This document shows positions 11,001 through 23,600 of a DNA stretch of 64,000 nt, piece after piece (within the stretch, counting starts at the first letter, position 1; every line of letters begins with the position of its first letter). Both the position numbers and the translations under genes were made by a program. The notes below the pieces were generated by a model. It worked only from the letters and a program-made list of their open reading frames with translations. It ran no database searches and was not told where the DNA came from. The DNA comes from Macrostomum hystrix (lineage: Eukaryota; Animalia; Platyhelminthes): assembly GCA_950097015.1 (NCBI GenBank), contig CATNEN010000025.1, positions 1,240,001 to 1,304,000 of the forward strand, written 5' to 3'.

Positions 11001-14000
11001 CTCCTTCCCCATCCATCTTCTCCTTCCCCATCCATCTTCTTCTTCCCCATCTTCTCCTTCCTCATCCACCTTCTCCTTCCTCATCCATCTTCTCCTTCTC
11101 CATCCATCTTCTCCTTCCCCATCAATCTTCTTCTTCCCCATCTTCTCCTTCCTCATCCACCTTCTCCTTCCCCATTCATTTTCTCCTTCCTTATCCATAT
11201 TTTTCTTTCCCCATCTTCTCCTTCCCCATCTTCTCCTTCCCCATCCATCTTCTCCTTCCTTATCCTTATTCTCCTTCCCCATCCATATTCTCATTCCCCA
11301 TCCATATTCTAATTCCCTGTCCATCTTCTCATTCCCCATCCATATTCTCATTCCCCATCCATCTTCTCCTTCCTTATCCATATTCTCATTCCCCATCCAT
11401 ATTCTCATTCCCTGTCCATCTTCTCATTCCCCATCCATATTCTCATTCCCCATCCATCTTCTCATTCCCCATCCATCTTCTCATTCCCCATCCATATTCT
11501 CATTCCCCATCCATATTCTCATTCCCCATCCATCTTCTCCTTCCTTATCCATATTCTCATTCCCCATCCATATTCTCATTCCCTGTCCATCTTCTCATTC
11601 CCCATCCATATTCTCATTCCCCATCCATCTTCTCCTTCCTTATCCATATTCTCATTCCCCATCCATATTCTCATTCCCCATCCATATTCTCATTCCCTGT
11701 CCATCTTCTCCTTCCTTATCCATCTTCTCATTCCCCATCCATCTTCTCATTCCCCATCCATATTCTCATTCCCCATCCATCTTCTCCTTCCTTATCCATC
11801 TTCTCATTCCCCATCCATCTTCTCATTCCCCATCCATGTTCTCATTCCCCATCCATCTTCTTCTTGCCCATCCATATTCTCCTTCCTTATCCATCTTCTC
11901 ATTCCCCATCAATATTCTCATTCCCCATCCATATTCTCATTCCCCATCCATCTTCACTGTCCTCATCCATTGAGAAACACGGCGGGAAAGCAAACATTAT
12001 CTAAAACGGACAGACCGACATAAAAAATACAGAAATTTTCTTGGTGCTGGTAAAATGTAGACAAACAGACAGAAGCAGAAAGAAACTACAGACAGCTCCA
12101 GGCATTCTATCCGAAGGAGCCAGATGCCACAGATAGGCCTAGAGAAAAGATAGAAAGACAGATAGGAATGGGCTGATAAGCTACTCCGATCGTTATCTGC
12201 ACTAGTAATTCGACCGCGTGAGGGGTGTTGTCCCAGCGCTCACTACTCGTTCGTATGCAAATCACATTTTTTAGTTCTCTTCAGGGGAGGAGAGAGGGTA
12301 GGGAGAAAGTGGGAGAGGATAAGGGGAGGGGCAGACGCTCGCGCACACCCCCTGTGTATGTATGCGTGAGTAAACGTTCTCATAAATATAGCTTCAGTAT
12401 TTGCCTTAGGAAGATACATACGGATAGAGGAATGATGATATGCGAAACATGCGGAAAGTTGGGCCGCAAAAATCATTCAGCCTATCTGAGCTAGGCCGGA
12501 GCCTGTACTCTCCTACCCAGTGGCATGCTACGCTCAGCTGGGTCTAATGAAGGCCCCCCAATATGTAGCTCTATTTGTCAATGTCTCGTCTCAATCCTGC
12601 TATTTTTATCACAGACTCAAGATCCGTTCTCAATCGATCTCTCTCTTATCTCTTCGATAATCTCACAAGATCCAATCTAATATTTTTCGATCTCACTCTA
12701 ATCTCTCTTGATCTCACTTTAATCTCTCTCGGTCTCACTCTAATCTCTCGGTATCACTCTAATCTCTGTCGATCTCACTCTAATCTCTCGGTTTCACTCT
12801 AATCTCTCGGTATCACTCTAATCTCTGTCGATCTCACTCTAATCTCTCGGTATCACTCTAATCTCTGTCGATCTCACTCTAATCTCTCGGTATCACTCTA
12901 ATCTCTGTCGATCTCACTTTAATCTCTCTCGATCTCACTCTAATCTCTCTTGATCTCACTTTAATCTCTCTTGGTCTCACTTTAATCTCTCTTGGTCTCA
13001 CTTTAATCTCTCTCGGTCTCACTCTAATCTCTCTTGGTCTCACTTTAATCTCTCTCGGTCTCACTCTAATCTCTCTCGGTCTCACTCTAATCTCTCTCGA
13101 TATCACTTTTATCTCTCACGATCTCACTCTAATATCTCTCTCGATCTCACTTTTATCTCTCACGATCTCACTCGAATATCTCTCTTGATCTCACTTTTAT
13201 CTCTCTCGGTCTCACTCTAATCTCTCTCGATCTCACTTTTATCTCTCACGATCTCACTCTAATATCTCTATTGATCTCACTTTTATCTCTCTCGATCTCG
13301 CTCTAATCTCTCTCGGTCTCACTTTAATATCTCTGGATCTCGCTCTCTCGCGACCTGACTTTTACCCCCTATGATTATTGTTAGTAATCTTTCTTATCTT
13401 CTTATTTGTTGATAAAAATCACATTGACCATATCTTTCTTCACAGTACACCAATTAGCTCGAATATATTAGAAATGTAGTATCATTTTTTCGAGAGCTAA
13501 ATTTTGGACAAGAAGCAATATCCAGTCTTTTCGGCCGTCCGTCCGTTCTTACGAGGCAGAAATTTTCTACAAGAAATGCGTGACACTTTCACTATTTGTC
13601 TTGAATTGTCAGTCTTCCTCTAAGAGGGGCGAGAAGAGGAAAGTTGCAGGCTAAAGAGAATAACAAAATTCCGTTTTTTCCCCATTCTAGACAAGCAAGC
13701 TTGGTAGTAAAGAGAATACCTAAATACTCGTAGATCAAGAAAGCAAGGCTTGGAAGGAAGGCTTCCAAAGAGTTTTGCTTCTCCAGCTGTTCCCCAGATC
13801 CTCAAATCTATTGGCCCTCTTAAGCTACAGCGATGGTAGTTAGGGGACATCTAAAGCCATCCTGTACTGCGGGAAATTTCGACTGTTTGACTGTCGCTTA
13901 CATTAATAGTACAAACGCATCGTTTTAAGGGTCATAGGAACGGAATCCTTCGTGTTCCTAGAATAGGATTAAATTCAGTTTAGCAATTTGTACATGCACT

Positions 14001-17000
14001 TTAATAGACAAGAAGAAATTAAGTTTTTTTCTTTTCATTTACGCCGTTTCACAAAAACATTGCGAACTATTTGCATAGAATTTCTCTCATAAGCATCTTA
14101 GAATTTGCGCATTGCCCGGTGAAGTTTGGCGTGACAAAATGCGAAGAACCACTATTTACCCAGATAGAAACTTGATGATTGGCTTAACTGAGCTAAACAC
14201 TCCAACACTCCAACACGACACACACGACACACACACACACACACTAGAATTTGACTATAGATAATAATTTTAATACACGCAATCAATCTTCGAATTTGCA
14301 AAGAAAATGAGCGCGAACTAGGCCACTAAATTTATTTTATAAAATAGAATATAACCTGAAGTTGGAAAGATTAGTTAGAAGCGCAGTCTATATTGTAATG
14401 ATCGACGCGCATGAAGATCATAAAGGCGAGAGAGACAAATAGGACCGATACGGGATAGAGAGACAGGCAAGAGAAATAGTCGAAAAGGAGATAGGCGAGA
14501 GATTGGGCGAGAGACATTGGGCGAGAGAAATAAGCGAGAAATGGGCGAGATATTGCAGAGATATTGCCGAGAGAGATAGGCGGGAGAGAGATAGGCGAGA
14601 GAGATAGGCGGGAGAGATTGGTGGATGAGATAGGCGGGAGAGATAAGCGGGAGGGATAGGCGGGAGAGATAAGCGGGAGAGATAGGCGGGAGATAGAGAT
14701 AGGCGGGAGAGATAGGCGGGAGAGATAAGCTGGAGAAATAAGCTGGAGAGATAGGCGGGAGAGATAAGCTGGAGAGATAAGCGGGAGAGATAGGCGGGAG
14801 ATAGAGATAGGCGGGAGAGATAGGCGGGAGAGATAAGCTGGAGAGATAAGCGGGAGAGATAGGCGGGAGATAGAGATAGGCGGGAGAGATAGGCGGGAGA
14901 GATAAGCTGGAGAAATAAGCTGAAGAGATAGGCTGGAGAGATAGGCGGGAGAGATTGGCGGGAGAGATAAGCTGGAGAGATAGGCGGGAGATAGAGATAA
15001 GCTGGAGAGATAGGCGGGAGATAGAGATAGGTGGGAGATAGAGATAGGCGGGAGATAGAGATAGGCGGGAGAGATAGGCGGGAGATAGAGATAAGCTGGA
15101 GAGATAAGCGGGAGATAGAGATAGGCGGGAGAGATAGCAGCGGCAGTAGGTGCTAGAAGTAGCCAACATATCAAGCCAAAGTAATGCCAGGCACTCACAC
15201 AGCCTAATTTTAACCAGTCGAGTCACCGCCCAGTCGCGTCTTCCCAGCCGGCGAAATCGCCGCAGTTCACTTTGCCCCATCGTTGCCGTCGGCGTCATCA
15301 TCCTCTCCGCGTCGTCCTCGCCGCCACTGGCGTCGCTTTCGCAGCGACAGCAGCTGAAGGAGCTGGCCAAGGCGCAAGCGGCTTCAATCAGGCAGCAGGC
15401 CAGCAGCAGCAATAACCGGAAGCCGATAATCAGGGCCGATGCCAACGAAGCGCCTTGACATGAGAAATTCGGCGATAATAATGTTCCGTTGCGAAGGCTC
15501 TGAACGGGCTGCCCCAACTCCGGAGCGGACACTCGTGGCGATGGTAGGGCCAAGACCGACAGCAGGGATATTAGGCCAGTCAGCCTGTGAGGATTGAAAT
15601 GCAGGTTTTTTTTTACATTTTCCACTCAGCACATGTTGGCACATGGATCAAGGGGATTCTATTCCATGCAGACATTCTACTGTGGGTATAGGGGATTCTA
15701 TTCCGGTCATTCTATTCTGGGTCTAGGGGATTCTATTCTGGTCAATTTACTGTTGGTCTAGGGGATTCTATTCCGGTCATTCTACTACTGTGGGCCTAGG
15801 GGATTCCATTCCAGTCAATTTACTGTTGGTCTAGGGGATTCTATTCCAGTCAATTTACTGTGGGTCTAGGGGATTCTATTCCGGTCATTCTATTCTGGGT
15901 CTAGGGGATTCTATTCCGTTCATTCTACTGTGGGTCTAGGGGATTCTATTCCGGTCATTCTACTGTGGGTCTAGGGGATTCTATTCCGGTCATTCTACTG
16001 TGGGTCTAGGGGATTCTATTCCGGTCATTCTACTGTGGGTCTAGGGGATTCTATTCCGGTCATTCTACTGTGGGTCTAGGGGATTCTATTCCGGTCATTC
16101 TACTGTGGGTCTAGGGGATTCTATTCCGGTCATTCTACTGTGGGTCTAGGGGATTCTATTCCGGTCATTCTATTCTGGGTCTAGGGGATTCTATTCTGGT
16201 CATTCTACTGTGGGTCTAGTGTATTCTTCTCTGCCCATTCTACTGAAGGAGTCTAAAGGGATTTTTTTCGGCCATCCAAAAGAAATCTACCTGACTTCGA
16301 TTCACATATCCCACATAAAAGGTGCACTTTTATTGTCAGGCTTGCAACCAGTCACAATTTTTTTAAATCCTAAATTCTTTCCAGCCAACAAACCTGTCTG
16401 AAGACCTCTAGACTTAGTTTGGAATGAAGAGAGACTAATTAATAGCAGCGACATCTGTGCCGCCCCATCTGTGACACCCCTAAGCCTTAATAAAACTGAT
16501 ATAGTTTTACTATTATAGAATCACGGGATTAATCCCACTAGAGGATAAATATTAGGATAAAAAGCCTCCGTTGTGAAAAGGATTATTTTTTGCACTGGAT
16601 ATCCTAATCCAAACAATAAACAGCTAATTTATTTTTTGCGAAAAATAAAAGCTGCTACAAAAAGATTCCATTTTTCAAGGTTCCAAGTTTCAAGGAGATT
16701 AAGAGATTACGCAGGGGGGTGGGGGGTTCAGAAGAGGATTAAGCTCGGGAGAGGATAAATTTTGAAGACCTGCCAAGTTAAATAACTGTCGGCGTCAGAT
16801 AAACTTTGGCACAACTAAGGATCAGTAAACTTATATTAGTATAATTGTTATTATTATTATATGCACTCAAGTCCCAATCTGAAGTGCGAAATATTCACCC
16901 ATCCCACATCCTAGTAGCTTAGATATTCCAGTCCCCGAAGTGGACCGGATCGATTAAATTAGGAAGGCCGATAGGCTAATAGTGGGTTGGCTCATTTGTG

Positions 17001-17620
17001 TCGAGTGAGTGAAGAGAGAGAGAGAGATGGCGAATGAGTAGTTCAGATTGGATTCTTATGATACTCGAGTGAAATACTCAAGTACTTCCTAACTTACAAA
17101 TATAATGCGTATAACTATATTGTATACGGATGTAGCACGATCTTCTAGTATTTATTAAAGAAAATAAATACTACACCCTAGAAATAGGATCAGGAAAACG
17201 GACATGTGAACACGAAACAATTTCAAAGAGGATTCTAACCAGCAGTTGGGAATTTTTAATCTCTCTCTCTCTCTCTCTCTCTCTGGGTGTGTGGTGAGCA
17301 AGGGGTGGGGTAATAGTTAATATACGCGTAGTATCTACAGAAATTTTCTAAAAACTGGAATGTCACGTGCTGCGGATTAAGTGTCGTTAAATTGTAGCTT
17401 TTCAAGTCCAGTTATTAGCTTAACAGCCGCGGTTGTGCCACTGGCTGTAAGCTAAATTTAATTTAATTTCTATTATTTTTATATTTCTTGTTTACAAAGC
17501 CAAGTGACAATGAGGCAGTACTCACTGCAGCAGATGACAGGCTAGGAAGGCGCCGGCTGGAAGGCTAGTATCGTCCGCGCTGAAGCAGCATCGCCGATTG
17601 CACAGAATCAAGCCGGGCAT
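3713..17620 (-). CDS. DAGLA: Diacylglycerol lipase alpha/inaE-like protein (4 TM + lipase class 3 domain + low-complexity tail), probably catalytically altered; join(17620-17526,15584-15199,10706-10554,10441-10237,10151-9902,7313-6464,5975-5704,5038-3713), about 1178 aa
   Basis: All introns are GT-AG with matching phases; total 3537 nt. DAGL-like motifs: MPGLILCNRR..SADD, FADLDLVASDVAAGLVLLR, WLGHAG, SPPGGLL, VVIGRDAVARLG, PGRVLHVV, FDEVLASPSMLRDH. Paralog identity (alpha vs beta vs lineage-specific) is not resolved. Confidence 0.88.
5110..5650. repeat. 30-bp intronic minisatellite
   Basis: gagattgagacctgtcaataaataacaggt; each unit holds the inverted pair acctgt/acaggt. Confidence 0.95.
5704..5975 (-). 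CDS. DAGLA: DAGL-like exon 7
   Basis: Acceptor ctaatacatcttatgcag|CC; donor GAG|GTTTAT (weak); LQLPGRVLHVV..FDE. Confidence 0.82.
6058..6375. repeat. 30-bp intronic minisatellite
   Basis: cacccacctcactccttgaactataaatct. Confidence 0.95.
6464..7313 (-). CDS. DAGLA: DAGL-like exon 6 (lipase core)
   Basis: Acceptor ttcttttag|GAA; donor G|GTGAGC; contains GHGVSGG, SPPGGLL, GRDAVARLG. Confidence 0.9.
8120..8862. repeat. 23-bp intronic minisatellite
   Basis: gaatcatggctaaaccagagttt. Confidence 0.95.
8885..9482. repeat. 18-bp intronic minisatellite
   Basis: gggggatcattgtcaact. Confidence 0.95.
9902..10151 (-). CDS. DAGLA: DAGL-like exon 5
   Basis: Donor AGC|GTGAGT; conserved LFADLDLVASDVAAGLVLLRRQQ; acceptor ttctaccag chosen by phase. 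Confidence 0.82.
10237..10441 (-). CDS. DAGLA: DAGL-like exon 4 (TM4)
   Basis: Acceptor tttgtgcag|CT; donor TG|GTGAGT; AIDWTVAVLVAAILICLL. Confidence 0.8.
10554..10706 (-). CDS. DAGLA: DAGL-like exon 3 (TM3)
   Basis: Acceptor ctttgcag|TC; donor G|GTTGGT; 153 nt; LLALETAWHLLSLPALFLLL. Confidence 0.78.
10810..11970. repeat. Degenerate pyrimidine-rich array (about 20-bp units)
   Basis: ccccatccatcttctc / ccccatccatattctcatt. Confidence 0.9.
12660..13345. repeat. 21-bp CT-rich minisatellite
   Basis: atctcactctaatctctctcg. Confidence 0.92.
14490..15135. repeat. GA-rich minisatellite
   Basis: gagataggcgggaga / gagataagctggaga units. Confidence 0.92.
15199..15584 (-). CDS. DAGLA: DAGL-like exon 2 (TM1-TM2 region)
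   Basis: Acceptor cctcacag|G; donor T|GTGAGT; 386 nt, phases 2/1; hydrophobic LLLLLACCLIEAACAL. Confidence 0.8.
15650..16220. repeat. 35-bp minisatellite
   Basis: ctaggggattctattccggtcattctactgtgggt. Confidence 0.95.
17526..17620 (-). CDS. DAGLA: DAGL-like exon 1 (MPGLILCNRRCCFSADDTSLPAGAFLACHLL)
   Basis: ATG at 17620; donor CA|GTGAGT, phase 2; resembles the DAGL N-terminus MPGxxxFxRRWxxGSDD. Not in the ORF track (too short). Confidence 0.85.
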
Positions 17621-18354
17621 TTGGTCTGAGCTAAGCACAGTCTAGGCCTAATGAATGCTCTCCATTATCTATTTAGATTTCCGGTCCCATGCGATTCCTG
17701 GAAATTGCATCCGGAAACATTCAGAGAAAGACGCGCGAGTTTGTTGAATATATACGACTTAGTGACAAGCAGGCCCAGTGTACACTGCTGGCCCAAGCGG
17801 CAGGCCCTACTAAGATCAGCGATTGGTCGCTAGTGCTGGTAGGGCAAGCTACATTAGTGGTTAACGATTGCATTCAAGACAGGGACGACAATTTAGTGTG
17901 AAATAATACGCACATAGACACAATTGCCAATCTGCACTCTCGCCAAAGCCAAAAAAACAGCGTCGGCATCGAGGTCAAGTCATAAAGGCATAGCACTGCA
18001 CCCACTCTGTTTCTGAACTACACTCCCACAAAGAAGATCCCAAATTTGCTTTATTATTTTCATGGCTTACAAAGCATACAACAAATAAAATATTGGCGTT
18101 TGTCAGTCTTCTGCGCTAGCTATTTTAGGGCCAAGTCAAGGAATGCAATCTGGAAATAATATTGCAACTAATATTGCTTAATAGATCAATTGAATATTAG
18201 CATAGCAATGTATAATTCATTCTAGTCTTTATTATGCCCAGTATTGAAACAAAGCATATGGTGTGATCTGAATATTCTACGCTTCTTTTTAACTAAATAA
18301 AACGATATTTAAAAGGCACATGTAGTTATACAGCTAAATAATATAATTCGCGGT

Positions 18355-18490
18355 GCTGTGGGTACTGTCACATCTGGGATGAGTTACAAAGATATGGGCA
18401 TGGTTGGTTTGTTAAGAATTTCCTCGATTTTGCCGATCATTTCCTGTGTATCATTGTGTGACTTAAAGTACTGAGCACACACACACGCAC
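18355..18490 (-). mobile_element. 5'-truncated SINE copy, tail type B
   Basis: Strong similarity to 19440-19560 (gatgagttacaaa..atgggcatg..ttaagaatttcctc..ttgccgatcatttcctgtgtatcattgtg). Confidence 0.7.
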
Positions 18491-18879
18491 GCATACGGAT
18501 ATGTACACAGACACACATTATTATTATTATTATTATTGAAATGCGCACGCCGATTGGGTGCTGATTTTTTGTTTATTTGATGCTGTTAACAAGGCTAAAC
18601 GACTCGATTTAAAAAAAGGCGATAGAAAAACAGTAGCATGCATAAGATTAATTTTAGGTGAATATAATATTTGAAATTCGTAAACAAAAGCATTAAAACA
18701 AAAAATGAAATATTGAAATTTCAAGAGAAAATTAAAACCGTGACAGAAATCACTTCGCTCCCGAAAGGAGAATAGCTATTGTGTTTTTGCAAGTTGCTAT
18801 CAAATATAAGAAAACTAAAACTCAAACTATAGTCAAGCATTCTACGAGCGTAACTATGGGCCTCAGGGCAGTGGCTTTG

Positions 18880-19134
18880 TTATCTAGCTTTAAGTATGCT
18901 CTCTATGAAGTCCACAAATCTTTCTGTTAATTCTGTGCTTTCCTGTGTCTTTAAATACACAATTTTGTAATCAGGTGTTAGGCTTTCGAAATTTCGAACA
19001 GTGCCTGCCACTTTCTCTATGAATTTAGTTCTAATTGGAAAATAAACGGACGAATCGCATCTAAAGAGAATATGAGATTCGTTCTCTACCTCGACTCTAC
19101 ATTTTGGACATGTTCTATTTTCCACAGGCCATGG
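18880..19134 (-). mobile_element. 3' fragment of a non-LTR retrotransposon ORF2 (C-terminal CCHC zinc finger)
   Basis: PVENRTCPKCRVEVENESHILFRCDSSVYFPIR fits CxxC-x-ExExHxLFxC..Y..R; 5'-truncated. Confidence 0.7.
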
Positions 19135-19230
19135 AGAGATAGGCGGGAGATAGAGATAGGCGGGAGATAGAGATAGGCGGGAGATAGAGACAGGCGATGG
19201 TAGAGATAGGCGGGAGATAAAGATAGGCGT
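19135..19230. repeat. Short array of the 14490-15135 family
   Basis: gagataggcgggagata x5. Confidence 0.85.
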
Positions 19231-19366
19231 TTCCTAGATGTGGTTTCCTAGACGAAGTCGGGACATTGAGCGCCTTTGCTCTGGGTTAGAGATTATTGTT
19301 AGGTTCTGAAACGCGCGATCTGACGCCCCCCTCTTAGCCACTTCTTTGGTCGGCGTGGGGCGTAAC

Positions 19367-19706
19367 TATTATTATTATTATTATTATTATTATGTACTTT
19401 TCACTGGAGAAATCGTTCTTAAATGTATAATAGAAGTGCCTAATGTAACATCTGTGATGAGTTACAAAAATATGGGCATGTTTGCTTCTTTAAGAATTTC
19501 CTCTATCTTGCCGATCATTTCCTGTGTATCATTGTGACTCAAAGTCCTGAGCACACGCACACGGATACAGAGGCACACATGATGTGCGCGAATTGCTCGC
19601 CGAGCCCCAAATGCTTCTGTCTGCGGCTGCGTCCGCAATGAATGCGGCCTCGCCCCCGGATTCGAGCTCAGGGACCCCGGAATCCGACGCGTTATCACCC
19701 TACCAC
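19367..19706 (-). mobile_element. tRNA-derived SINE, tail type B, ending in (TAA)n
   Basis: B-box-like GCTCGAATCC; head and GTGTGCTCAGGA body shared with the 52540 copy; distinct tail also seen at 18355-18490. Confidence 0.7.
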
Positions 19707-20568
19707 TAAAACTAGACTAGATATTACAAGCATAGTTTTGATTAGCTACTCAAGACAGCTTAAACTGCGCAAGAAAAAAAGTACACACTGAAACAGAAAC
19801 TAAGCTATAGGAATGACAAATGAGTACAATAAAAAGCATAGCCATATCAATGCTTATCAAGGCTTCAGTGGATAGTATTAATACACATTGCTTAGGGTCT
19901 AGTCATCTCTTAATCCTTTATAAATAATTCACAACACAATGACATAGATGACAGCTTACATGTTTTGATATGGTTAATATGCTATAGAGATAGGCTGAGA
20001 AGACAGACGCAGACAGACATAGTATTGCAGTAGAGAGCATCCACGCATTGACATTACTTTTGTGAGTTATACAGGATGCAAGGCACACATTTTGGGCATG
20101 CAGTGATTCCAAGACATGCGCATAACAATGCTACCATTGTTAATACAACAATAGTGGTGTACCTACAGCTAGATGTAACTAGACTAGAGAAAAAAGTACA
20201 TAAACATTTTTTCGCTTTGTTTACTAGACTACTCACAAGTAGTAGTTGTGGAAAATAGAGGCACTAGCAACCTAATAAGTATTAAATATACAGATAAATC
20301 CAGTTTCCCCACTTGTGTTAAATTGTTTAGCCTCAGAAGAGATTTTACCTGTAAATTCTAGAGTTCTATAGTAGCATGATTATAACAGTTAATAAAAAGT
20401 ATAACAAATTATAAGAATGCCAAATAGTATTTTTTATACTAGACAGACACAACTAGACCAACATAGCCTATTTAATATAAATATGGAGTCTAAATTGCAT
20501 CTTGAGTGCCTAATTAGGTGACATTCAAACACAGACACAGTAACTCTTACTGTTTATCCAATGGTTAC

Positions 20569-20699
20569 CACTGGCCTAGCCAAGATTTTTGTCTAAGGGG
20601 ATCATAGGCCACAGCCCTATGGCTGATGCCACACTCACTGCAGACAGTCTAGCATAAGGGGGTCATGATCCTCTAGATCTCTCCCCTTGGCTGTCACTG
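20569..20699. mobile_element. Possible MITE-like remnant
   Basis: Imperfect terminal inverted repeats CACTGGCCTAGCCAAG / CTTGGCTGTCACTG; single copy in the window. Confidence 0.3.
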
Positions 20700-23600
20700 A
20701 CAACTGCATACCTTAAAGGGCTAGGGCATGTGCAAGTACAACTTTCTGATTCATTTCAAAATGTTTTTAAACATAATATACTTTTTTGTCTTTGGCAGGC
20801 CAATCAATGCCTTAAAATTTTGGGCCATTTTCTAAGGATCTTAGTAAAAAATATAAAACTTTTTATTACTGATTTCATAGTAATGCAAAAAATATAGCCT
20901 ATGTTGCCACAATATAAGAAAACTCTATGCAAAATTAACAACAATCTTACTTTTCTAACTCAAATTAAACATCAATAATAAGGGTAATTAAAAAGTAGCT
21001 ATTTATATGACCAACAATTGAATGCCCTACTTATTAAATATTGATTAGATCTATGGATTAGGCCTAAGAGAGACACAATGTGACTATATACAGGAATTTC
21101 ACAACAATGATCCATAACCAGGACATGGATACTTCTATAAAAATTGCCTTGCACTTAGTAAAGACAATATTACATATCTTAGTCATAAGAATACTATTTA
21201 CTGGTGATAGGTAAGAATGATATCTAAATATGTTGATTGATAATTTATTTGTATCAAAATGTAGCCAGCTACTTTAGCTACAAAAAGGTAGCTACTTCAG
21301 CATTCTCATTTTGATTTAGGTCAACAATAAGGATTATTATGTTCTTTTTGAAATATAAAATAATATAAAAGCATAGAAAATGTATAATAGCATTGTATAG
21401 AAGAAGCAATGGCTAGTCATTTTGACCATAATCATTTTTGGCTAGGCCTATAATTATTTTGGCCCAAAACCATTTTGGCATCAAACTGATTTGGCCCACT
21501 TGTAAAATTATGTAAAATAATTTGGCCCATTTAAAAATGCAGTAAATGATGATAATACAAATAATAGAATGTATAATTTTGTGCAACAAGGTTTGTCAAA
21601 TGCACAAGGACCCATTAGGAAAAGTATCAAATGTATCAAATTAGAGAGTTGGAGCATGTGATATGGGCCAAATTGTTTTCTGGCTGAAATGGTTTTCGGC
21701 TGCAATGGTTGACTGAAACAACCTGAATAGACAGAAGCAAGTAGGACCAATAAAATATATATTGACGCTAATGCAAAGGATAGATAGTGAATTAGCATAA
21801 CATGCTTTAGTACAACATCAGAGCGAACTAATTAGTAAAAACAATATACTCATACTTGTATCCTTGGGCCATTGGATCCTATATTTACATAAGGACCATT
21901 CAGTAAAACAACCGCGGTGAGAACGACTTTAAATTCTCAGTTTATTGACCCCAACAAACGTTAAGAAGTTAACCAGCTTTAAGCAGTAAAATTTACAACT
22001 TTAGGCCTATATTCAACGCAGCTAACAGAACCGCTCATGCGGTTTGCTCCATTTTTTAAACAATTATCTAAGAAACGCATTAAACAAGCAAAATAAAACA
22101 TTGAATTCCTAATTATCAGATAAGAGATATGTAGTAATTCACCTAAACAATTAAAAAAACAAAAGGTTTTATTTACTTATCTTTTTCTTCTTTTTAAAAC
22201 TTAGCTCTAGTATAAACTGGAGGCTTTTTAACATGGAATCAACCTAGCTTTTTCGAATGGCAGTTGTGTATCAACTTGCGACTCATACAGGTGACAAAAG
22301 CTAAACCAAATTTTAATAGCGTAGAAAAAGTAAGTTTCCATGCTTTTACTTAATTACATACTTATTGATAGGCCCTACCATGGTCCATAAGTACATATCT
22401 ATTTGTCTTAAGCCATTTTAGCTTTTAGCTTAACAATTTTAGCAGCGTTTTGTCGAGTTGAAAAATTCTGCTTCGTAATATTACTTTTTAAGTCAGTGTT
22501 TTCCTGTTGAACTATCTGCGACGTCTTAAATAACTTTAAAGTAATTTTTTTGCCGCTGTCTAACAGAGTTGAAAAAAATTGTGTTTTTAATTGACATTAT
22601 ATAGTTTCTGTTTAAGAAGTTGCAAGTGCCATATAGAATTCAATCGAAGGGTCAGGAAGGGTGTGTTCGTTACTTTTTACTTCTTGTCGGTATACGTGCT
22701 TATAATAGCGCAAGTATCCAACTTTTTCATTAGCTGATTGACGTTTGTATATTTTATTATGTAATTCGCAGTTCGCAGAAGAAGATATGCTAGCTTCATT
22801 TTGTTTTATAGTTATAAAATACTTAAATATGACTCACAATTTTTATAAGACTCTAATTTCGTCTATAAGAAAATTATGATATAGAGCTTGACTGAAAAAA
22901 TCACTCCTGTTCAAAGATGCAGAGTGTACGCAAGTCAAGTGAGCATTTTGTCAACCATCAAATTGTTGACGAGACAAGCAAGCGCAGGTACATGAATTGA
23001 CCTATCGGGTATTGCCACTCACTCTTCACTATGTGCGCATAATCATATTATGCGAATGTTGCATGATTATTCGAATATAATCAAACTGCACGTGAGATTC
23101 TTTCAAAGAATAGAATCACTTTTATGCACACTTTTTGGTGGCTGGGTTTAGACTTAATCTTTCTTGGAAATCGTTATTTGGATCAGTAGACATGGGATCC
23201 GCCTTTTACTTACTTTCACGTCGATAATAAAAGTTCGGGCAACACAATCGCATGCTTTTGGCACATGCATGATGCCTTTGAAATTTTTAGTTTCTACACA
23301 ATCAAGTTTAAAAATCAAAGCCGAGTCTCACAGTTTTCTTTTAAGCTTAGTTGTTTCAAAGCGTAACATGCTACTTACGTCACTAGTAAAGATAAAGCAA
23401 TTTGAAACAATGAAGCAGTAAAAAAATGGTTGTGTATTGTCGATCCCCTGGGCAAGGCAGAATTTTTTTTCACTCAATGAAGCCCAATTGCCAGTGAATT
23501 TTGGTTATAATAATTTAAATCCACATTGGTAGTTAAAGCATAACATTCTCAATAACCCCAACTACATCAACGCACTCAATCTGTCATGTACAATAATCCC

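Noticed and set aside
10735-12004. 400-aa Pro/Ser/Phe/His-rich ORFs
   Set aside because: Stop-free only because the array is nearly pure pyrimidine on one strand; the same applies to ORFs at 41075-41839, 45145-45804, 49812-50732 and 63189-63990.
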